Shown: positions 39,608 to 49,250 of the stretch, in pieces
Layout of the letters: the number at the start of each line of letters is the position of its first letter
Position numbering within the stretch: the first letter of the stretch is position 1
Assembly: GCA_040954595.2 (NCBI GenBank)
Contig: CM082597.2
Location: forward strand, 8,959,778-9,023,777
DNA: 64,000 nt
Direction of reading: 5' to 3'
DNA from: Balanoglossus misakiensis
Taxonomy: Eukaryota > Animalia > Hemichordata
Position numbers and translations under genes: made by a program
The notes under the pieces: model-generated
Told to the model about the DNA's origin: nothing
What the model saw: the letters and a program-made list of their open reading frames with translations, nothing else
Databases searched by the model: none

Positions 39608-41889
39608 TATCTCATAGTGTAACCAGACTACAAGTGAAGAACCCCAGTAACAGACGTAACGAACAAACAAACTACATGTACTAACAACAAAGCAAGAAAA
39701 GTGTCAAGCGTCGTCAAAGAAAACGAAATAGTTCTAGCATGGTTGGTAAAAGTTATTGGTAGAAAACGAATAGGGCCTTCTACAAATGACGTCTCAGACC
39801 CGCAAACGCCACCAGAACACAAAACACATGCACAGAACAGTTTAAGCCGGTTGTTGTATGGAGCAGCAATAATCTGCGGTTGGGCCGTCGTAGATTTTCG
39901 CTGGTGGTGAAAATAAATAAAACACGATCGATGTTCGATTTATTCCAGATCACATGCGTTTACGGCCAGAAGAGAGCATAAAAGTCTTCAAATGACCATG
40001 TGGTGGCGCACTTTTTCCGATTGGCTGTATTTCAATTTGTTCGTGGTAAATTAATTTTGTGGAGGTGACCGGCACTGAAGCTCTTAGCTAGGATGAGGTG
40101 GGATGGAAAAATGCCCCATTTGACTCATTTTAGCTGTTTTAAAATATACGACTATTTATAGACAAAAGGAAAATAAAACAAGCGCAAAAACATACCAAAC
40201 CTAGTTTTATTAATTACAAAAAAAATTGCTGAGTAAAGGTTTTCATGTGGGCATTCACTTTGAACTTGCTAAATTAATTTAAAGAGACAAAGTCGCTCTC
40301 TCTTTGTCCTTTTGCGATGATGGAATGCTTGCTTGAAGTCTCTCGTGCAATAAATGATGTCGATTCATACATGTATGGATGGTGTATAGGTGGTCGGAAT
40401 TTACATGTCTTTGCCACGTCCAAACCAAAAACACATAAAATCAAACTTTGGGTCATGAAATCGAGTTTTGTTACAGTCTAGAATTTCATGCCACCCCTTT
40501 TGGTCATATTATTCTTGGTAGGCAAAAGTGACAAGTAGTCAAGTTTCAACACAGGCAACATTTTTACAAACAAACCACAAAGAAGACATCAAAAGGGAGA
40601 GAATTATAGAATGGTCAATGTGTGAATAGTTAAGATACGTAAAGTGGCCGGGTTCAACATAACATTAACTCATCGACTTCATATCGTCTTCATGCCATGG
40701 TTTTGCCTGCCCTGAAAGTTCTTGTCGTTGCAGAAGTGGTTTTGACAGAAAGAATTTAGTCTTCCGGGATGTTTGTGATTATTTGAACACCAGACAATAC
40801 AATGCAACCTTGACTTCCAAAATACTTACCGGCATTGCATTATCTTACCATGGTTAGGCCTACAGAGAACAAATTTTCAACAATATTTTCTGAGTTACCG
40901 CTGATATTTGTTTTGTAGTATGGATATTAAATTATACATCCCGATACAAAACAGAATGTTATAGAATCCTTCCTGAGTGATATTGAAAAAAATACCGGAA
41001 TGCTATAGCCTAATCTATGGTTAGGGTTATTGCTATTATTTTATATCAGTAATCGACTTTGTGTATATCAATGTCATTTTCATAACGAAAATGAACTCGA
41101 GTCTAATGTAAACGTTACGAATTGATCGAAAGGCGCTCTGATGAATGTTAACACGAGTGCGCAATGACAAGACATGCATCGTGCATGACAGTGACAACAG
41201 TTCCAATAGAGCAGTTAAAAAATAAACCGGCCGTCCGTAAATTTATCAGCTATATTTTTTTTTATTTAGTCACGTTTTCCCTGTTGCATGCTATTAGTTC
41301 AGGGGCCAGTTTTAGCAGTGCTCTATTGAGTACTTTCGTATCGATGGATTGATCTCTCGTCCAATCAGAATGGCGGATGGTAGCATGATCCGACATATTG
41401 CGTATTACAATAGGGCTTCCTCATACAGGTCAGAACAGAGAGGTCATTCCTGTTATTTTAGGACGTCTCAGCTCCTTTGTCTTTTCTGTTATTTTTTGAC
41501 AAATGCGGATTGACGTTCCATTTCCAATTGGCGATAATTATATTTATTTGTATTTCATTGCATAAGCGCTTGCTAGTCGTTTTTTAGCAATTTTTTTTGT
41601 AGTACAAAAACACTGAAGAAAACGAAATATTTTATTCATTCGCACTTCCAAAGAACACCGTGACATAATTCCTCAATTTGCATTTCAGTGTGTGTGTCTG
41701 GTGTGTCTGCATTGACGTGAGGCGCATTCTCCACCCGCACACATACGTTGCATTGCATTCTTTGACTAATTAGTGTTACGTCATGTTGAAGCAGGATTCT
41801 GATTGAGTAGTAAGTAAGTTGCATAATTGACGCACAGCTGGTGCCTCGTTCTCGTACCGCTGACCATTGCATTTGAAAAATCATTGCAG

Positions 41890-41952
41890 CTTTGACGTTC
41901 ATCAAGCATGGAGGCGACCGGGACCTCCATGCTTGATGATGTCGTTTCTCTG
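41890..41952 (+). other. Candidate exon containing a perfect hairpin
   Basis: gctgac branch-like motif, cattgcag| acceptor and |gtaagc donor; 16-bp stem at 41899-41939. Confidence 0.4.
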
Positions 41953-42197
41953 GTAAGCGTGGCATTTAATGTTATTTTACAAGTACATGTACACTCCTTC
42001 TAGCAAAAACTGGTCGTGGTAGGGCGAGAGGGTCCCCCCAACATCGAAATTCTGACTTTGGGAAGCGTTACAGCACCAAACAGTAAACTCACAGTCGCAT
42101 GGAATTTGTGCGTTATATTACACCGTGCGAGTAAATTGTACGTCGTTCGTTGGCTCGAGTCAGCTTTGTTATTGTGGAGCAGGTGGTACCGTAACAC

Positions 42198-42610
42198 CAC
42201 AGGGGGCTCTCCCTAGGCGATTTTATTGTTTGTTTGTTGTTGTTGATTGGCATAATAAACAAATACATATTTCTTTATTAATAAATATGGTTTGTTGACA
42301 TGTAAGGGTTAGGTTATTAGGGTATATTTGACAGGTTATGGTATATTCAACGGTTAGGATTAGTGTTGGCATTTTTTCGATCCATGGCCGGCATCACCCC
42401 CCTAAACCCCCCCCCCCACCCCCTGTGGCTTAGTGATGCCCGGGGCCGTGGATCGAAAAAAATGCCAACACTAACCCTAACTGTTGAATATACCCTAACA
42501 CTTACATGTCAACAAACCATATTTATTAATAAAGAAATATGTATTTGTTTATTATGCCAATCAACAACAACAAACAAACAATAAAATCGCGGAGGGAGGA
42601 GCCCCCTGTG
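42198..42610. mobile_element. Palindromic MITE with 7-bp TSD (P-superfamily-like)
   Basis: GTAACAC|CACAGGGGGCTC ... GAGCCCCCTGTG|GTAACAC; ~180 bp inverted arms around a C-rich loop. Confidence 0.88.
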
Positions 42611-42813
42611 GTAACACACTACAGTATAACTTTTAAGGCAAAGCGATAGCGAATAAACTGACCAGGGTTGGTTTTGTTGTTGGGGAGATTTTTGGCACCA
42701 TTGAGACTGTTATAAGCTACCAGTGGGAGCTATGGTATAGCCGTTAACACGCAGCCCTGCCACGCAGAGCTTCTATGACTGGTTACTAACTTCTATGTCT
42801 ATTTGATTCACAG

Positions 42814-42888
42814 ATGCTGCCTGAAACTGTCTGCGTTTCAACTCGGGATTCTCTTCCTTGTCCGGGGCGAGTTTAAGACCGCTCAATG
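42814..42888 (+). other. Candidate micro-exon A (75 bp); duplicate at 49299-49373
   Basis: ctaac branch point, tttgattcacag| acceptor, |gtaagca donor; one fully open frame, CCLKLSAFQLGILFLVRGEFKTAQ. Confidence 0.6.
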
Positions 42889-43130
42889 GTAAGCATGACT
42901 TGCTTTATATTTGCTTTTATCGGGTGTTGCAACCGAAACAATAGGAAGAAATGTATGTCTACGAACTAATTTACATATTCCAGCTTTCAATACAATGTAC
43001 CTGTTTTTTCCCCTTCGAATTCTGGCCTCGATTGCTTGTGATATGATCGTGATGTCATGAATTAGATGGACAACTCACAAGTTCAAATCTTCACGTGGAG
43101 CATAAAATAAATGTGGATGCATTTCCTTAA

Positions 43131-43477
43131 AGGGACAAAGTCTCTCTCTCGCTGCCCTTTTTTCCATTAATTATATTTGATACAAGACACCGTTTGTTAT
43201 TCTACATGTAGATATATAGTGAATGAACGTTCAGCCACACATAACTTCCGTCCCACTTGTAGACACGAGAGTAAAAATACTCGCCAAAATGAATAATCGT
43301 TCTTTACCATTTATTCATTTTGGGCGAGTTTTTACTCTCATATCATACAAGCGGGATGGAAGTTTTGTGTGGTTGATCATTTATTCACTATATATCCAAA
43401 TGTACATTGACATAAACAGTGTCTTGTATCAAACATAATTAATGGAAAAAGGACAGCGACAGAGAGACTTTGTCCCT
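43131..43477. mobile_element. Palindromic TTAA MITE, family A copy 3 (complete, 347 bp)
   Basis: TTAA|AGGGACAAAGTCTCTCT ... AGAGAGACTTTGTCCCT|TTAA; empty site TTCC-TTAA-CCATATAG in the duplicate at 49591-49606. Confidence 0.95.
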
Positions 43478-43815
43478 TTAACCATATAGCTAAAATTACT
43501 CCCATATCAATACACAGGGAGATACTTTAACTTTGGCTGAACGTGTGCTAGTCCAACACTATGCTTAATCAAACTGGCTAAGAGATCTGTTATTATATTA
43601 GACGCATGAAGGAAAGTAATGTTGTTTAGAGTGAAATAAAACAATACTTTAGGCCAGAAAGAAAAATGTAAATCATGACACAAACAGGCTGGAAATTTTT
43701 TCTGACCCTATATTATACCATGTTTTGCATATTTTCACTAATTTGTATGGCCCACATAATTCTAAAGCAAGGTTGATTGGTTACTAATTAATATTTGCAT
43801 ATATTTGATTCACAG

Positions 43816-43888
43816 TCTTAAACACAGCATTTCAACGTATGCCGGAGGAGGAAGAGAATACCTAGGCCTGATCCAAGACCGCTTTCCG
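43816..43888 (+). other. Candidate micro-exon B (73 bp); identical duplicate at 50551-50623
   Basis: ctaat branch point, tttgattcacag| acceptor, |gtaagca donor; one fully open frame, LKHSISTYAGGGREYLGLIQDRFP. Confidence 0.6.
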
Positions 43889-45361
43889 GTAAGCACACCT
43901 TGCTGTATACATGCTCCATAGCTTGTTTGTAAATGCTACCTTTTCCCATCAAATAGTGAAGTCACCCTTTTAAAATTATGGTGGTGGCAAGCCACAACTG
44001 GTTATCATGAAGAGTTGGACACCACTAATAATCATTTTAATATTTTCCAATTGGTAACCTTTATGTACCACTATCCTCAACAATTTCAGTCAACAAGATT
44101 CATATTGCGCTGTATAGCAAGGCCAAACAAATATGACTGATTGATAGGGATTTTTCTGAAAATGTGACAAAATCAACAAATAAACAATAATCAGTCACCA
44201 ATCATGCATTATGTGTTATTCGAGGGAACCTTAGCGGGTCACATAAACCTGCCAACCCATGCTAGCCATGACTTTACAAATGTTTCCGTCATACTATGCA
44301 GAAAATTCTGGCTGCCTTAAATAGGTTTTTCACTTTGCGCTAGGTGTCAAATCTCATTGCATTCTGGGCGGAAAGTCCATAACCAACTGTAGTAAGAGAT
44401 AGAAGAAATGATATGTTTACTGTATTCATGACTTCCTTCGGTCAAACATTTCTGTCTCGGTAGTTAGCATATTAAACTTTTTTTTCACTTTTGCTATTTT
44501 TTCTGTTAAAAAGTTCAAGAATGACCCATCATCATTTTAGCTTATGAACTCCCATTTCTTTAACATGGCAAAAATCGGCCATCTTGAAATTATCGACCGT
44601 ATGAGATTTTCATCACTCATTTAGGGTAGCTTAAAACGTGTTTAAAGTAGGGAGAATTGTATAGGCAAGACTTGGGCTGTAAATTTGATGAAATAGCTAC
44701 ATGACTATTGTTCACAAGCAGCTGACTGTACTGTAAGACTGGAAGTGTTGTGTACATATTTTACATATTCAATATTTGTAATTAGACCATGTCATGTATA
44801 TCTTGGGGATTGCTCGATCACAATGTCTCTGCTGGTACAATGTCCTTTTAACATGTTCAGTAATATGGTAGTAATTGTAAGTTTGTGTGCGGCATTTGTA
44901 AATTATTTACAATTTATAAATTATTTTGTAAGTTTCTTCATTCTCAAATTGCTTGCCTAACGTACTGCATTAACATTTAAATTTTGGTATGATTTTGAGT
45001 AGACTTTTTGTTTCAAAATTATTTTTGACACTTTTGGGTGATATGATTTTACATGGAAAATCTGATTTCCCTGTAATTCGGTTGACAGGATTTTCATCAT
45101 ATCTCTAAATCATGAAGTACATGTATCAGACTTGCATCAGGCCCCCAAAATTCTAGTCGCCTTTGGCAAGTAATATTAGCCATTGATCTGGGAAAGTTAC
45201 AAAAATGTGTTGTCCAAGGACGTTGAAGGTACATGTGGTTTTTACACTTGCTGCATGTTTATAATTTGCAATAGAAATAGACACTCAGTGCCAGCCCACT
45301 ATCCCGTCTCCTTATTGCTGACTTGTATGTATGTACGTATGTACGCATTTTATCAGAATTA

Positions 45362-46700
45362 TTAGGTCCCATTTGGTATATGTATTTATACCATGGTACC
45401 TTACGGGATCAGTTGCACCTGTATGTATGGATGTTTGTATGTCCATCAACATCAAACATTTGGAAACTACTGGCATTTCACCTTGATATTTAATGTGCAG
45501 ACAGGGCAGTAGATGGGAGTTTGTCTAAGTGAAGTTGTCATTGCCAAAATATGCAAATTAGCTGGGAAAGTGTCAAATTCGTCAAAACTTGGGAACTCAA
45601 CAACTACTGGGCAAATTGCTTTCAAAATTGATAATTGGTATGCATGTACCTTATGGTATCCTCTCACAATTCTACATGTTGTGAGCTAATAATGTGAATT
45701 TTCTATTTTTAAGCATTTTTTTTTTCTCTTTCCACATTGTCGGTAAAAACCTACTTTTCTGGAATTGATCAGCTGACTTGTTTGAAATTTATTATGAAGC
45801 TTCATAGGTGATCTGAGTTACCAACCATAGTTTTGTTTAAATTGTTGCCAAAAATTGCGTATTTATAATTTTGGAGCAATTTTTAGGTCCCATTTGGTTT
45901 ATGTACATATATACGATTGGGACCTTATGGAATCAGTTGCATTTGTATGTATGAGTGAATGGATGAAAACCGCTGGGCATATCACTTCCATATTTAGTGT
46001 GTAGATGCAGGCGGGGCTGTAGATGGGATTTTGTTCAAATGAAATTGTCATTGCCAAAATATTACCTGTGTAAATGTGAAATTGGTCAAAAGTCAGAAAC
46101 TTGACAACCACTGGTCAGATTGGTATGTCAATGAACCCCATACAGTCCTGTATGTTGTGAGCTAATATTATGAATTTTCTAATGTTTATTAATTTTTTTT
46201 GTCTTTTTCCACATTATTGGTAAAAAAAAATCTTCACTTCTGAAAGCGATAGTCCGACTCCTTCGAAATTTAGTATGAAGCTTCCTATGGGTGGTCCGAG
46301 TTACCATATTTTTTGTTCAGATTGTTGTAAAATAGGCATATTTATAATTTTGAGCAATTTTGCCAATTATGGTCAGAATGCTTTGCAATTTGGTAGGCAG
46401 ATTCCCAGGGGTAACCCAAGGAAGATGTCATAAAAATGGTTAAAACTGCATGCTTGTGTTATTGGGGATATTTTTTGCAATCTTTGTCAAAAACTGTTTT
46501 CTGTTAAACCGTTCAAACCCTTGTCAGATTGCTTTGAATTTTGGCAGGAATGTTCCTTGTAGTGATTGAAGTAAGATGGTGTACAATTATAGAGATGTTT
46601 GCATATTTGTGTTTTTGCCACTTTTGAACAAATGTGTTTTTCTTTGAAACTGCTTTTTTGATGGCTTTGAAATATGGTAGGAATATTCCTAGGGGTAACC
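45362..46700 (+). mobile_element. Two adjacent HINE-like (Helentron-associated) elements starting at 45362 and 45883
   Basis: TTAGGTCCCAT...(A)TGGGACCTTA subterminal inverted repeat, (TGTA/TGGA)n microsatellite, then ~145 bp core repeats (TTTGGTA.GCA..TTCCTAGGGGT.ACC). Confidence 0.75.
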
Positions 46701-46703
46701 CAA

Positions 46704-46940
46704 TTTTTAGCTCACCTGAAAATCACGTGAGCTTATAGTTTAGCGATGTCTGTGTATGTGTGTGTCTGTCTGTATACCCGATATCTCAAGAACCGCTGAA
46801 CCGATTTCAACCAAATTTAGTACACAGGTTCAGATATCATATGCAAGAACTGAAAAGGTTTTGGTGGGTGTGGCTTTGATATTAATGAAGTTATTAAAGT
46901 TTTAATTTTTCTATTACATGGTTGTCTATGAGAGCTTTCG
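46704..46940 (+). mobile_element. pearl/CvA-like HINE 5' end
   Basis: TTTTAGCTCACCTG...GTGAGCTT inverted repeat, (TG/TCTG)n, GATATCTCAAGAACCGCTGAACCGATTTCAACCAAATTT core. Right boundary uncertain. Confidence 0.75.
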
Positions 46941-47856
46941 TTAATGCTGCATATATGACCAGTGGAAACGATAGTTTGAGGAGATCGATTGTTTGAGGGC
47001 GCTGTGAAATGAGACATTCCTGGCGATATTGCCGTGGTTCTGTCCATGCTCAGACGCTGTACCCGTCGTTACGAATAACTTCCCTACGTGAATCCACAAG
47101 GAAGCTAACGTTGTTTAGTTGCTTCATAGAGCGTAAATTGTTAATCTACAGGACCGTCAGACGAATACTCTTTTCAAATGAAGTTTGAAACTACTTACGA
47201 GTAAGTTAGTGGAGACAATATGGCGGATAGTTGGCGTGCAGCCGAATCCGCGTTATGACTATGACGTGACCCATTCATCAAGACAAACCGTAAATGATTC
47301 ACGCATATTGTGGTCCTCACGCAGTCAATCTCAAAATGTCACCAGGCTTTCTATTTGTCTATTGTTCAGAGAAAAATAACATGGCGGTTGATCACACTCA
47401 ACAGTAAAATCCGTTTTGTGTGTTTATAGACAGTCTGTTATCGCCAATACTATATAGCGATTGCTAGATGGCCTACCCAATATGTGATCGAGCGAGAATG
47501 ATAACATTGAATGTCTGTTCAGATCTCATTCCGTACGTCATACGTCAACATTTCGATTTCGATTTAATCCATTCATAAAGAATTTAGAGAAAGTCGTCTT
47601 GAATTGTGACCCCGACTATCAATTAGTTTACGATGATTTTTTGGCGACGGAATACACGAGACGCCATTGCATAACTACGTCAGCTGGACTTCCAAGGTTA
47701 CCATTTTGTGTGTATGGAATCTTATCACAGAGCCTACGTACTTTGACAATATGCCATGCTATATCAATGACGCCCCAGAAAATTTGTCAAAAAATGAATT
47801 TGTCTTCTCATGGTGGTGCAATATATTTTAATGTCTATTTTGAGGTTGATTTTGGT

Positions 47857-48790
47857 TTTTGGCTAACATGTATATAAATGTCAGCTTATAGCATAAGTTG
47901 GTGTCCGTCGGCTATGTATGTCTGTATGTGTGCCTCATACAGAATTATGTATTTTGTGAATGGATCACTTTCGTCTTAATGTATTGATGTATGTATGTGT
48001 ATGTCCATCAACATCAAAAACTTGAAACTACTGATATTTAGTGTGTACATAGAAATTGTTATTGCGAAAAAATGCATACTGGTATTAACTGGAAAAATGT
48101 TCAAATAGTCAAAATTGAAAAACTTAATAACAGCGGATCAGATTAAGTTAAAAATTGGCGTGCATTGGTGTGCAAGTACTTTGGGAAGACCTCGTATGAT
48201 TTTGTTCAGGTGGAGTCAGTATCTGGCGTTTCCTATTTTTTATGAATTTTTTGGGGAATTTTCTGCAGTTTTGTTAAAAAAAAATTTTCTCTGAAATTAC
48301 ATGTCCAATTGATTGGAAACTTGGTATGGAGGTTCATAGGGCTTACCTGAATCACATTTGTGCAAACGGTGGTGAAATTTGCAAAAATGCATTTTTGGGC
48401 AATATTTCCTGTTTTTGCCAAAAAATCCAATCCTGTGAAATGTAGGTGCAATTGTTTTGATACTTTGTATTTGGGTTTCTAGGGGTGATCTCAGTCAGAT
48501 ATGATCAAATTGTAATGAAATTTGCATAATTGTATTTTTGGGGAATTTCTGCAGGGTTTGGCCAAATAGTCTTCGGTAATACCACAAGTCCAATTGGTTG
48601 GAAACTTTGAATGGGAATTCATATATGTGATATCAGTCAGATTTGTCTGAATTTCCTGTTGTTTGCCAAAATGTCTTCCTTATTGAAACTTGTTAAAGAG
48701 GTTCTTAGGCATGAACAGAAATCAGATTTGTTGAAATCTGGTGAAATATTTATACTTTTTGGTATATTTCTTGCCATTTTTGATCAAAGA
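47857..48790 (+). mobile_element. HINE-like element with ~145 bp core repeats
   Basis: TTTTGGCTAACAT...ATGTCAGCTTA head, GTCCGTC/TGTA microsatellite, repeated GAAATTTGCA...TTTTGGG cores. Confidence 0.65.
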
Positions 48791-49250
48791 GTTTTAGAAT
48801 TCCATAGACTTATTATTTTTATGCAGTTCAGGATGGGGTACATGACTCATAACCCCTTACAAAAATTGACAAGGCAACAATTCCACAAACATGTTTACAT
48901 TTCACAATGGTGCAACACACAACCCTTACACCATATACACTATAAACCAAAATGGTTTAAAACTGGTTTTTCTAATCTTGTTATTCTGTCAACCAATCAC
49001 AGTACTGCACGTGAGCATATTCAGTTAATATCTGGTTCCTGATTGCTTTGGAAGTTAGTTAACAATTTCATAACACATGTACATGTATGTGCAACTTTGA
49101 TTAAATTCTGGTTGTCAATATTTAGGTAGTTTGTTGTAAATTTCTTTGTTTTTGGATAGCAAATCTTTTTAACCAATTGCTCAGTTTCTTTGAAAGTTAC
49201 TGTTAACAAGGAGAGTTAGTACACCCAACTTAGACTTTTACACCCAACTT

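Larger units (their letters stand above)
35565..39630. mobile_element. Small TAG...CTA element (AcademH-like, ~120 bp of own sequence) with 9-bp TSD, split by the foldback insertion
   Basis: CAAGTGAAG|TAGTCTG ... CAGACTA|CAAGTGAAG; internal 17-bp GC stem CCCTGCCCCATTCCCAC / GTGGGAATGGGGCAGGG. Confidence 0.75.
42766..46640 (+). repeat. Segmental duplication copy 1
   Basis: Colinear with 49251-~54830, starting AGAGCT(T/A)CTATGACTGGTTACTAAC; high identity with copy-specific indels. Confidence 0.9.

Noticed and set aside
40822-40830. ATACTTACC, like the U1 snRNA 5' end
   Set aside because: No downstream U1 similarity; at most a minus-strand splice donor.
42300-42500. Interstitial telomere
   Set aside because: Only scattered TTAGGG-like motifs inside a MITE; no tandem run.
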